From a virus, in the IMG/VR virus record IMGVR_UViG_3300032251_000001, positions 32,001 through 96,000 of that record: 64,000 bases of DNA. One strand, 5' to 3'. The notes below the pieces were generated by a model that made no database searches, was not told where the DNA came from, and saw only the letters and a list, made by a program, of their open reading frames with translations. The position numbers and the translations under genes are program-made. Each line of letters opens with the position of its first letter. Within the stretch, counting starts at the first letter, position 1. Below are positions 47,559 through 57,124 of this stretch, in pieces.

Positions 47559-47836
47559 TGAAAATAATAGATGAACAAGAACCATTTCAAGATTGGGAAA
47601 AAGAAGTAGAATGTAATGGTGTAGGTTGGAGACAAGGTGACAAAGTTCCATGTGGTTCTAAACTTATCATTGATAGGGATGATTTAAAACTTAGAAAATG
47701 GTTTAAGTATCCAGATTCAGAAGGGGTTAATTATGGTTTCATTTGTCCTAATTGTAACTGCTTTACTGAAATTCCTACTGATGAACTAGATAAAAATTTA
47801 AGAAAACTCGCAGTAGAATGGAGGGATAATTGTTAG
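47558..47836 (+). CDS. zinc-ribbon protein
   Basis: VEC...VPC...FICPNC; TAATG coupling. Confidence 0.6.
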   Translation: MKIIDEQEPFQDWEKEVECNGVGWRQGDKVPCGSKLIIDRDDLKLRKWFKYPDSEGVNYGFICPNCNCFTEIPTDELDKNLRKLAVEWRDNC

Positions 47837-48096
47837 ACAGTACATCAGATTTTTACATAATTCCCACAAGTCAGGGAACTTACGTCATATATAAGGCAAA
47901 CTATTATAGTACACAATCTTACCAACCTTTTAAAAATCTTGAAGATGCTAAAGATTGGATTAAATGTGTATCTAAAAAAATTATACCGAAGCATATAAAA
48001 GGTATAGAGAACAAAGGAGAAAAAGGATTATTTAATGCAAAGACTTCTGAAGTAAGTATAGAAGGTCTAGTAATTAATCCGTGGGATTTAACCTAA
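47830..48096 (+). CDS. hypothetical protein
   Basis: TTG start behind GGAGGG. Confidence 0.5.
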   Translation: MLDSTSDFYIIPTSQGTYVIYKANYYSTQSYQPFKNLEDAKDWIKCVSKKIIPKHIKGIENKGEKGLFNAKTSEVSIEGLVINPWDLT

Positions 48097-48113
48097 TTTA
48101 ATATGGAGGGCTT

Positions 48114-48710
48114 ATGAACAACAAACCTTATGGTAAAGGATATACCGTTGAGGATAAATTAAGTATTATAGATGATTACTATATTAATACTATAGATAAA
48201 GATTTAGAATATAATTTATTTAGACAAAACCTTAGTAATCAATTAAGTACTAAAGGATATGTAGATTGTTTTGATAACATGTACACTGAAGAAAAATTTA
48301 ATTATTTTGAAACTAAAATAAGTTCAATGATGGATGAATGTGATAAAGTAAATCAACAATATATAAAACAAAGATTAGTAAGAGCTTTAGCTAATGAGAA
48401 GTTAATTAATGGTAGTCATACCTTGATTACATATAAACGTCATATTAAACAAAACTTGTACCCTGAAAATTCATGGGTATATTGTGATACTGACATTGTT
48501 AAGTATAAAGCTAGACTTAAAGGATTACCTAATGAAGAACATAGAGATTTTATGCGTTCAAAGATAAGAACCAAACGTGCAGGAGTTAAATCTATTCCTA
48601 AAAAGAAGTCATTAGTTAATGCTAAAAGAAAAATAAATGCTAAAAAAATAAAATTTGCATATGATGTATTAGTTCCATTAGTTCAAAGACCAACTCCTTT
48701 TGAGGGATAA
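48114..48710 (+). CDS. hypothetical protein with basic C-terminus
   Basis: GGAGGGCTTATG leader. Confidence 0.6.
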   Translation: MNNKPYGKGYTVEDKLSIIDDYYINTIDKDLEYNLFRQNLSNQLSTKGYVDCFDNMYTEEKFNYFETKISSMMDECDKVNQQYIKQRLVRALANEKLINGSHTLITYKRHIKQNLYPENSWVYCDTDIVKYKARLKGLPNEEHRDFMRSKIRTKRAGVKSIPKKKSLVNAKRKINAKKIKFAYDVLVPLVQRPTPFEG

Positions 48711-48750
48711 AAACAGAGTATATCCTTAAAGGATATACTCTTTATTTTTT

Positions 48751-49017
48751 TTAGTTATATATTTGCTTCATAGTAAGTATGTAAGAACCTAACTTAGCTT
48801 TACAACATGTATCTCGTCTAACTCCATCTATAATAAATCTACCATCTTTAGGTAAATCATCCTCAATAATTATTATCCTTTTTCCTATGTAATCTTCTAA
48901 TACAGATAAATCTGTCATCTGTTTTACATTACAGAATCTAGCTATAACTAAATTATGCTCTCTTATTTTCTCAATCTTATATGTTCCTTGATTGGTTGTT
49001 GCTTCTAAATAAATCAT
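48751..49017 (-). CDS. hypothetical protein, late-type promoter
   Basis: AACA-TTATAT-TA at 49065-49054; SD GGAGGG. Confidence 0.55.
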   Translation of the reverse strand: MIYLEATTNQGTYKIEKIREHNLVIARFCNVKQMTDLSVLEDYIGKRIIIIEDDLPKDGRFIIDGVRRDTCCKAKLGSYILTMKQIYN

Positions 49018-49150
49018 ATACCCTCCATCTCCCCTGCTGTCGTTATTAATATTTAATATAATGTTTTATAAATCGTATATACTTATAATATAATTATATA
49101 TTATAAACTTGATAATGATAATAAACTACTATATACTTAGGAGGTATAAC

Positions 49151-49462
49151 ATGTTAAAAGAATTATTAGGAATGGGAAGATTAATTACAAGAGAAGAACT
49201 TAATGAAAAGTTGAATGAAGCTAAACTTGAGTATGGCATTAAGCGTGAAAGAGATAGAGCTGATTTTGAAGCAAAAATCAAAAGAATGAAATTTGATTTT
49301 GATACCGAAGAACAACGTGACCTTGAAGACTTTGAGAAATTCAATGATAGAATTCTTGAAGACTATGAAGCTGCTGTTGTTAAAAAAGAAATTAAATGTA
49401 GCTCATGTGATGAAGAAGATTGTGATTCAAGAGTAACATCAGAAGAAACACTTAAGAACTAA
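49151..49462 (+). CDS. coiled-coil protein with C-terminal CxxC
   Basis: Early promoter 49096-49112; SD AGGAGG; start moved to ATG. Confidence 0.6.
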   Translation: MLKELLGMGRLITREELNEKLNEAKLEYGIKRERDRADFEAKIKRMKFDFDTEEQRDLEDFEKFNDRILEDYEAAVVKKEIKCSSCDEEDCDSRVTSEETLKN

Positions 49463-49469
49463 GTTATAT

Positions 49470-49640
49470 CACTCGCATAGAGTGTTTATAATGTGAGATA
49501 GGAGAAGACGAATTTATGAGGTTCGTTTCAGTAGGGAGAAAGTTACATCATGCTTATAGCAGAGTTGATTTAATGATTCTCTTATCTTACAGATAACATG
49601 TGGAAGTCTTGAGACCATTTTCTTAAGACTTCCTCTCTTT
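49470..49640 (+). ncRNA. candidate structured RNA followed by a strong terminator
   Basis: 14-bp closing stem with 2 G.U (49493-49506/49577-49590), inner 9-bp hairpin, 13-bp terminator 49602-49633. Confidence 0.55.
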
Positions 49641-49668
49641 TATATTTTTTGCAAGGAGGGCTTAATTA

Positions 49669-49968
49669 ATGGAAAGTAATCAACTATTACGGACAAGTAA
49701 GCAACACTTTTTCTCATTTAGAAAAGAACTTATAAAGTGTCTAAATGATAAGAATGAAGAGGGTTTAAAAGAAATATTATGTAAAGCATTTACTAAGTTT
49801 AATCCAGTTAATAAAGATAAACATCCTCTTATTCTGGATATTAACATGGCAATCATATTATTGGAAAATAATGGTTGGAAAGTAAATGTAACAACTGTAA
49901 AGAACAAGGGTAAACAAATTGTTCTAACAAAAGGTAATACTAATTATAACAGTAACTACAAACATTAA
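49669..49968 (+). CDS. hypothetical protein
   Basis: GGAGGGCTTA leader. Confidence 0.55.
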   Translation: MESNQLLRTSKQHFFSFRKELIKCLNDKNEEGLKEILCKAFTKFNPVNKDKHPLILDINMAIILLENNGWKVNVTTVKNKGKQIVLTKGNTNYNSNYKH

Positions 49969-49990
49969 ATCTTTATAGGGGGATATCAAG

Positions 49991-50140
49991 ATGAGTAATT
50001 TAACACCAATGGAAATGTTTAATCGAGTACAAGACTTTAAAACTAAAGCACAAAACTTTACAATGACTATATCACAGGAAGGTGATATGAAGTCAACTAT
50101 TGAAAGGATTTTTGGTCTAAAAGGACTACCTTCTAAATAG
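49991..50140 (+). CDS. small protein (49 aa), absent from the ORF track
   Basis: MSNLTPMEMFNRVQDFKTKAQNFTMTISQEGDMKSTIERIFGLKGLPSK; G-rich SD. Confidence 0.5.
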   Translation: MSNLTPMEMFNRVQDFKTKAQNFTMTISQEGDMKSTIERIFGLKGLPSK

Positions 50141-50184
50141 TAATTTCTATGTTCCATAACTAAATTAATTGGAGAGGTAAATAA

Positions 50185-50370
50185 ATGAGTAAATTAATTA
50201 AGTATTTAATTATAGATGCACTTGTATATGGATTAGTATATTGTGGTTATAGAATAATTCAAAATGTAACTATAGCATTTATATTTACTGCATTATGCAT
50301 GATGATTATGACATTTGTAACAGTATTTGCTAACTATGAAGAAATAAGAAATCTAATAGAAGACAAATAG
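50185..50370 (+). CDS. small two-TM membrane protein
   Basis: SD GGAGAGG; hydrophobic. Confidence 0.6.
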   Translation: MSKLIKYLIIDALVYGLVYCGYRIIQNVTIAFIFTALCMMIMTFVTVFANYEEIRNLIEDK

Positions 50371-50474
50371 GAGCATTACATAATAGAATTGTAAATAAAC
50401 TTAGGCGAACCATATAATCAAATTAATCATATCAAATAGTTGATATGACAATAAATTATCCAAGGAGGATTATC

Positions 50475-50624
50475 ATGGCAATTCCTAAGAAATCAGTACC
50501 ATTTGGTAAGATTAAGAATGAAAAGACTAGAAAGTTTGTTAAGAACTCATTCTTTATAGTAACAGTTTTAGGTGCATTAGTTGGTGAAAGTATACCAATA
50601 TTTGACCCTGATTTACTGAAATAA
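50475..50624 (+). CDS. small membrane peptide (49 aa), absent from the ORF track
   Basis: SD AAGGAGG; MAIPKKSVPFGKIKNEKTRKFVKNSFFIVTVLGALVGESIPIFDPDLLK. Confidence 0.6.
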   Translation: MAIPKKSVPFGKIKNEKTRKFVKNSFFIVTVLGALVGESIPIFDPDLLK

Positions 50625-50676
50625 CTAAATAAGACTCATAGAGTCTTATTTTTTTCATAATAAAGGAGAAATAAAA

Positions 50677-51168
50677 ATGACAGGAAATAAGAACTTAAAC
50701 CCAACAGCACCATTTGATAGTAGTGAGTTATTGAAGAAGATAATTCTAAAAGAAATAAAAAATATAAACTCTAAAGCTACTATCTATGAAGGTAATGAAA
50801 TACCTTTCACCGATAACAAAGGTAAACTAAAAGGTAAGAAAAACTCAGCATACATTGGCTTTAAACCTTCAATGTCTAAAGATATCATTAGAATTCACTT
50901 CAGATATTTAGGTGCTACTAAAGGTACAGTTGTAGAGAAGTTCGATTACTTTGTAAATAACTTTATCAATGTTCCAGAGAAATGCCACATATTAATCTTT
51001 GAAGGTGATGGATTCCCACCAAACAGTATTGAGATGGATTGGTTGAAGAAAAAGACTGAAGAATTTAACGAAACTAGTGAGAAATATAATGGAAATAAAA
51101 AGGTACATTTAATGACTCTTAAACAATTTTCAACATGGCTTAAAGCACACGGTCATTACAATATATAA
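50677..51168 (+). CDS. PD-(D/E)XK-fold protein with apparently lost catalytic residues
   Basis: IRIHFRYL...GTVVEKFDY...ILIFEGDGF...DWLKK. Confidence 0.45.
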   Translation: MTGNKNLNPTAPFDSSELLKKIILKEIKNINSKATIYEGNEIPFTDNKGKLKGKKNSAYIGFKPSMSKDIIRIHFRYLGATKGTVVEKFDYFVNNFINVPEKCHILIFEGDGFPPNSIEMDWLKKKTEEFNETSEKYNGNKKVHLMTLKQFSTWLKAHGHYNI

Positions 51169-51305
51169 AAATAAAATAAGACTCTACATGGGTCTTATTT
51201 TTTTAATTCGTATTTAGTAGATAAATAGATATATATTATAATATTGAATACATTCGATATAAATTTATTATATTGAAATCTAACATATATACTAGGAGGT
51301 ATATT

Positions 51306-51830
51306 ATGACTGCAAGAAGAGAATTTACAGCAGAACAAGTTTTAGAAGCTTTCACAATCCAAGATAAAACAATTCAAGTTGTTTATGATAAAACTTATCT
51401 TTATGAATTAGGATTGGAAGTAGCTGGTGCAACTGCAACTGAACAGGAAGATTTATATTTAATTATTGTAGATGATATTTTTAAAAAATATATCTCTCCA
51501 GAATCTCAAGTATTTTTCTTACTACATGAATTATCACATATTCTTAATGGTGATGTTGAATTGAATCGTAATGATACTACATCAGAATTAATTTCAAATA
51601 GAATGGAATTAATTGAGGTAGGAAAAGTACAACCATCTGAATTATTAGCTGATGAAGGAGCTTTTAATTTATGTGAGGATAAGAACCTTCCAGTTAAAGC
51701 TTTAACTGAGTTAAAAGATTTTTATGCTTCAGCACCTACTAAGTGGGAGCAAGTAACTGAAGAATTAGTTACATGCAGTATTAATGAACTAAATCTAAGA
51801 ATTAAACACATTGAATCTCTTAATGTATAA
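51306..51830 (+). CDS. HExxH zinc metallopeptidase-like (ImmA/IrrE-type)
   Basis: FFLLHELSHILNGD ... SELLADEGA; start moved to ATG behind AGGAGG. Confidence 0.7.
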   Translation: MTARREFTAEQVLEAFTIQDKTIQVVYDKTYLYELGLEVAGATATEQEDLYLIIVDDIFKKYISPESQVFFLLHELSHILNGDVELNRNDTTSELISNRMELIEVGKVQPSELLADEGAFNLCEDKNLPVKALTELKDFYASAPTKWEQVTEELVTCSINELNLRIKHIESLNV

Positions 51831-51890
51831 GGGGTTCATCATTCGATATAAATCTATTATATTGAAATAATATTATAAGGAGGTACACAT

Positions 51891-52283
51891 ATGAAAGAAT
51901 TATTTACAGTAACAAAATTACAAGCATCACAATTATTTATGTTAATACTTACACCAGTATTCTTATTCTTAATGGGATTATCTGGAGTAGAGAGTTTACT
52001 ATATTGGATGTCAGTTTTAACATTATTAGCATATAAAGTAAGATTATATTATTTACTTAGAGAAGATATGCAAGCCATCAGAATGTTAATATTGTCAACT
52101 ATCTTAATGATAATTGGATTGATAATAGCTGGAGATGGAATAACATTTGCTGAAGGACTAGCAATAGAAGGAACATCAGCATGGAAATTAATGATGGGTA
52201 TATCAATTGAATTTGCAGCATTAATAATTCTAACAAATATTAATCATTTCCATAAACATACAAGAAAAAGAAGTAGAGCCTAA
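51891..52283 (+). CDS. four-TM membrane protein
   Basis: Four hydrophobic helices, basic tail. Confidence 0.7.
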   Translation: MKELFTVTKLQASQLFMLILTPVFLFLMGLSGVESLLYWMSVLTLLAYKVRLYYLLREDMQAIRMLILSTILMIIGLIIAGDGITFAEGLAIEGTSAWKLMMGISIEFAALIILTNINHFHKHTRKRSRA

Positions 52284-53069
52284 CAACCTCTATTTTTTTT
52301 AGCCAGTGTCTTAATTCAGAGAAAATAAAAGGGCAGCACTAATCTTAAAGAAATATATTATTCACTACAGTGGTAAGTCCGTCCAAAAATTTCAAAGTAA
52401 ACTTTCATAGACTTTTATAATGAAGGTATAAACTAATTCTACAAACATTATTCTTTTAAGTATATATAGTCTTATTTCTTTCTAATCTTTATAAAGATAA
52501 TATAAAGATTCATTCAACTACGTTATATCTACATCTCCACTCCTTACCTCTGGGGGAGGTCGGGAGCTACGATTTGCTATACTTCGTCTCATTCTTCTTT
52601 TTTTACTTGAATAAGGGATTCATATATAAGATACTGAATATTTACCATGTATATAAAAACTCGTGGGATATCGTGTCACTCTAAATTGAATATAATCCCT
52701 ATATACCCACTCTCTAGAAATCGCCCTATAAGGAGTAAAAAAATTAAAAAATTTTTTTCGTGGTATAGAGCCTTATAAAAAAACCATTTTTATTTTTTTC
52801 GAACTTCTTAGATATAGTATATATCCGTTTATAAAAGTGAGGGCATTACAATTCTCAAAAATCATCCATACCACCTAGACGGCACTTTTCAAGATTAGAA
52901 AACAATATCTCTCTCAGGAAAATTCCAATTTTGGTTTCAAACGCATTTTTTCTAAGGATATATAGACCCCATTTCAAGTGACTCGCCTCCTCATATAAAT
53001 ATCCATTTATCACCTGTCAAATCCCTTATATATAACCTATAGGAGAGATAAATTAAAATGAATATAAGT
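52284..53069. other. long non-coding locus A (candidate terminus/origin)
   Basis: ~790 nt without a credible ORF; G/C-rich islands; motifs shared with locus B. Confidence 0.45.
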
Positions 53070-53134
53070 ATATATTATAACCATGATAAAGTGAAATGGA
53101 TATTAACTATTATATATGAAAGGATTATTTACCT

Positions 53135-53485
53135 ATGAGCAGTCTATTAGGTTTAGACAGTGTAAGTCAAAAGATACTTGAAATGAAAAGGACTGAGTGT
53201 GAATATAAGTTAAACAGTAGAAATGAATTAGATTATATTAAAGATTATATTACTAATTTAATTGAAAGAGAAGCTGATGTGACACTTGGTAAGGTTATGA
53301 TACTTAGGATTGGTACTGATAGGGTTAGATTTATATTTAGAGTTAAAGATGAATCATTATCTATGTGGAGAGGTACTGGTTATTTACCAGATGAATTTGA
53401 AGAGGTAATTGATATTACCGATATGGATACTATAGATAAAAGTTTAAAGTATACAATTATTAAATGTCAAATATCTAAATTATAA
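53135..53485 (+). CDS. hypothetical protein (C-terminal-helix family)
   Basis: Early promoter 53070-53086. Confidence 0.6.
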   Translation: MSSLLGLDSVSQKILEMKRTECEYKLNSRNELDYIKDYITNLIEREADVTLGKVMILRIGTDRVRFIFRVKDESLSMWRGTGYLPDEFEEVIDITDMDTIDKSLKYTIIKCQISKL

Positions 53486-53502
53486 AATAGAAAGGGTTAT
53501 AT

Positions 53503-53874
53503 ATGACTAATTATGAGCAGCATTTATTTAATTTAGTATATCCTAAGAAAGAATTATGGGATAATAATTTTATACACCGTAGGAAGATTAGTATGTTTAT
53601 TACTAAGAATTTCATTCCAGATTTAGATATAGTTAAGGGTAGGACTATGCAAATGAGTTATGATATTAATTTATCTACAGGTAGGGTTGAGATATTAGTT
53701 ATGTATTATCCTCCCTCTAAGTTCTATGACTATGTTTTTAATAAGGGTAATACTGATAAAGTGTTTACAAAAGGTAGAAAGATATATAAGAGTGAATTTA
53801 GTTTTAGAGACCCATATAAATTATTAACATCTCTAAAGTATTTCGCTACTAAAATTAATATAAATAATCTATAG
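53503..53874 (+). CDS. hypothetical protein (C-terminal-helix family)
   Basis: ORF in operon. Confidence 0.6.
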   Translation: MTNYEQHLFNLVYPKKELWDNNFIHRRKISMFITKNFIPDLDIVKGRTMQMSYDINLSTGRVEILVMYYPPSKFYDYVFNKGNTDKVFTKGRKIYKSEFSFRDPYKLLTSLKYFATKININNL

Positions 53875-53887
53875 GAAGGAAATAAAT

Positions 53888-54310
53888 ATGAGTGAAGAAA
53901 TAGAACTATTACAAGCTAAGATAGATGAGATTAATGTTGAATTATCTAATGCTACAGATTATAAAGAACGTAAACGTTTATATTCTAAAAGAGCTTATTT
54001 AACTTTTAGAAATGATTTAAAGAATAATTTATATGACCCTAAGACTATTATTCGTTATATATCTTCAGTATTTGAATATGAGTGTAGTGCATCTCAAGTT
54101 AGAATTAATCCTTACGCTAAATGGAGTCATAAGAAACAGATAGTAAAGATTAGAGTAGGTGTTAATTATGACTATAAATATAAGAGAAGTAGTGTTCAAT
54201 CATGTGAGTTTGATACTGGTTATACTCTTAAATATAATACTATAGAAGAGTTAGATGTAGCATTAAGAGTTCCTATCACCGAAACATTAATACTATCAGT
54301 AAGGAGTTAA
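53888..54310 (+). CDS. hypothetical protein (C-terminal-helix family)
   Basis: ORF in operon. Confidence 0.6.
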   Translation: MSEEIELLQAKIDEINVELSNATDYKERKRLYSKRAYLTFRNDLKNNLYDPKTIIRYISSVFEYECSASQVRINPYAKWSHKKQIVKIRVGVNYDYKYKRSSVQSCEFDTGYTLKYNTIEELDVALRVPITETLILSVRS

Positions 54311-54314
54311 TCAT

Positions 54315-54665
54315 ATGCCAGTAAGACGTTCAGACCCTTATAAGAGAAAATTATATAACACAGCTAGAAGAGACCTTATTAAAATGATAGATGAGAAAGA
54401 TTTCTATTCGAGTAGTAAAGTAAAGACTTATGTGATGAGAAGATTAAGCTATGAGTTAGGTATGGAAAGTGAAGTTATAGTTAAATCTATATATGGAGGT
54501 TATTATAATACATTTGATGTTAAAGTTGTGTTAGATTATAATACATATCATGGTGTATATGACCCAACTAATAAAGAGGTATATGAACACATATTTCAAA
54601 CACTAGAAGGATTAGATGAATTCTTAAAGAAAGCTATAGTAGAAACTGAGTTAAGAAGACTGTAA
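54315..54665 (+). CDS. hypothetical protein (C-terminal-helix family)
   Basis: SD AAGGAG. Confidence 0.6.
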   Translation: MPVRRSDPYKRKLYNTARRDLIKMIDEKDFYSSSKVKTYVMRRLSYELGMESEVIVKSIYGGYYNTFDVKVVLDYNTYHGVYDPTNKEVYEHIFQTLEGLDEFLKKAIVETELRRL

Positions 54666-54781
54666 TATAAAGCGTATTTACTATGTTCCTAAGTATATAT
54701 CATAATATTGATAATAATAATTAAACACTTAATATAGACATACTATGTTAAGACTAAACCATATATACTAGGAGGTATATT

Positions 54782-55015
54782 ATGTCTAACTTAACTGAAA
54801 GAGAACAAAAGGAAAAAATCATTAGAGCATATCTTACATATCATTATGCTCGTAAAATTGTATTCTTCAGTGATAGAGTTGAATATACATTTGATGAAGC
54901 ATTTCCTAAGACTAGAGTAGAAACTTTAGATAAAGCTTATAGAGCTGCTACTACTTGCCCTAGCTTTAAAGAGAAGCTTAATGTTATGAAACTTAAAAGT
55001 TTTCCAACTAACTAA
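54782..55015 (+). CDS. hypothetical protein
   Basis: Early-like motif 54695-54711; leader TACTAGGAGGTATATTATG. Confidence 0.6.
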   Translation: MSNLTEREQKEKIIRAYLTYHYARKIVFFSDRVEYTFDEAFPKTRVETLDKAYRAATTCPSFKEKLNVMKLKSFPTN

Positions 55016-55070
55016 TTCCGTATATATCTAATATAGGGAAACCCTTACATAATACCATAGGAGGTATATT

Positions 55071-55577
55071 ATGACAAACTTAACTAACAATGAAAAAGTA
55101 GAAAGACTTATTAATAGAGCTGACGTTAAATCAGTACTAGTAAGAACAGTAGTAGAGTACACAGGTAAAGCAATTGGATTCGTAGTAGGAGAATCTGATA
55201 TTGAAAGAGTTTTAGATTTACATGTAAACCAAGAGTTTGGTTCTAACTGTTCGGATAGTATTACATTTGATTATAATAACTATTCAGGTTCAATTGAAAA
55301 CATGGGACAAGTATCTCATACAAGAGGAACATTAGCTGAATTCGTATTCGGTAGTGGTTCTCAATGTTTAACAAGAAGTTCTAAATATAAAGATATATTA
55401 AGAATCTTATCATCAAGAGTAAGTGAAAGATTAACATTACTAGGTTTAAATGAATCTCAAATTACAGAGATTACTAAAAGAATCTCATGGGAAACTATAT
55501 TATACTCTATCATGTTAATCAGAGGAACTAGAGTTGAGCTAAGAGTTTATGACTCATGGTTAGAATTCCTAGGATAA
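55071..55577 (+). CDS. hypothetical protein
   Basis: SD TAGGAGGTATATTATG. Confidence 0.65.
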   Translation: MTNLTNNEKVERLINRADVKSVLVRTVVEYTGKAIGFVVGESDIERVLDLHVNQEFGSNCSDSITFDYNNYSGSIENMGQVSHTRGTLAEFVFGSGSQCLTRSSKYKDILRILSSRVSERLTLLGLNESQITEITKRISWETILYSIMLIRGTRVELRVYDSWLEFLG

Positions 55578-55597
55578 AAAATATAGGAGGAATGCAC

Positions 55598-55759
55598 ATG
55601 GCAATTAAAATAGTTAAGAGTACTAAGACTAGAGATAAAGTTATAAATAATCTAGTTTATACAGGTGCAGTTGTCTGTAAATGTATATATGCTCTAGGTC
55701 TATGGGTAGAAAGTGATAATGCTCTACGTTACTTAGGTAGCGATGTATCAAAGAAATAA
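55598..55759 (+). CDS. small protein
   Basis: Start moved to ATG behind AGGAGG; terminator follows. Confidence 0.55.
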   Translation: MAIKIVKSTKTRDKVINNLVYTGAVVCKCIYALGLWVESDNALRYLGSDVSKK

Positions 55760-56504
55760 ACTCTTCATGGGTTTATTTTTTTTATATGTATTTAATATAT
55801 AGACATCCATTTTATCAAGTATAGAATCCCCTATATATAGGTGAGGGAGAGTTCTAGATGAAATTAATAGGGGTTTATATATGGGTCACTCTAGATAGGG
55901 TTTAAGGTAAGAAGTCTATTTTTTTGTATGTTCCTGAATGAACCTGCATTGATGGGACAGTGTTTAAACGTTAAAAAATATAGCTAATGTGAGTTATTTT
56001 GCACGAGTTGAGCCTTTGACCACTTCTTCCACACGCACACACCAAGCGACAGACGGAGGGTACAATAACAAATTCTAGTAGTATGAACCTTCAATATAAA
56101 ACAAACTATCAAATTTTCAAGTGACACGCCCAAACCATATAGACTATATATACTCCTTTTTCTATATTTTATATATTTTACTCTATTTATCTCTATGATT
56201 TTTATATAGATATGATTAACCTAATGAATGGATAGTTATATATTAAATATACATTATGATTTTCTAGTATAGGTTATCTATCTTTTTATCTATATTTACT
56301 CTTATCATTTAGTAGTTATGCTATTGATTTCTATATGTAGTATTACCTTTAGTAGTGAATAGAGAGGTTTATTTAGGTTAGTATGTTTCTAATTTGAAAG
56401 AGTGGTTAGATTTTTATGCTTAGAAATAAAAAAAATAATATACTGGGTATATTATTTCTCTTTAAATTCTTTTTTCCTTTAAAAATAGTGAGTTAGATTC
56501 TGAT
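55760..56504. other. long non-coding locus B at a convergent strand switch (candidate terminus/origin)
   Basis: ~740 nt; G/C-rich island 56000-56060; motifs shared with locus A. Confidence 0.45.
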
Positions 56505-56930
56505 TTATTTATAACTGTTAGAATCATTTTTCAACATAGCATTCATAAACATGTCTCTAATAATGTTAAAAACTTCTTCTTCACTACATTCATTTGAAAT
56601 TTGTCTATTAAGTATTTCTACTGAAATTTCATTTGTATAACTATCTGGTATATTAATATCACTGAATGGATTATTAGTTAAGTGTGAACTCTTCAGTATA
56701 TCATTATTAAATGTATGATTATATACATTTGAATTCTCTGGTAAGATAGGTGTTATATAAATTACTCTATGGTGTCCAAAGAATTCAGATTCACATGAGA
56801 ACTTATATTTATCACTTACTAGAGTTGCTACTATTAATTCTTGTTCTTTAATACATATTGCTTCACTTCCTTCTGTTTCTTTTACAAATCTAACAACTGC
56901 TCGTTTAAAGTTATCATTTAGCATATGCAC
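56505..56930 (-). CDS. hypothetical protein, DNF..A..RF.KE family
   Basis: NDNFKRAVVRFVKETE. Confidence 0.65.
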   Translation of the reverse strand: MHMLNDNFKRAVVRFVKETEGSEAICIKEQELIVATLVSDKYKFSCESEFFGHHRVIYITPILPENSNVYNHTFNNDILKSSHLTNNPFSDINIPDSYTNEISVEILNRQISNECSEEEVFNIIRDMFMNAMLKNDSNSYK

Positions 56931-57107
56931 CTACTTTACTATAATCTTTTTCATATTCTTCATCTTGTTTAGTTCAAACTCTAATTCTTCTATGTGATGA
57001 TTAATATTACATCCATATCTAACTGGTCTTGGGTCATCTTTATTTAACATACATAGGTTGTCATCACCTACATAGAAATAACTACAATATTCTTCTATAC
57101 ATTTCAT
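56931..57107 (-). CDS. small Cys-containing protein (58 aa), absent from the ORF track
   Basis: SD AGGAG; MKCIEEYCSYFYVGDDNLCMLNKDDPRPVRYGCNINHHIEELEFELNKMKNMKKIIVK. Confidence 0.6.
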   Translation of the reverse strand: MKCIEEYCSYFYVGDDNLCMLNKDDPRPVRYGCNINHHIEELEFELNKMKNMKKIIVK

Positions 57108-57124
57108 TATTTATACTCCTTTAA

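Noticed and set aside
56100-56160. Minus-strand mini-ORF MVWACHLKI behind AAGGAG
   Set aside because: SD spacing is long and the ORF overlaps the repeated non-coding motif; no support for translation
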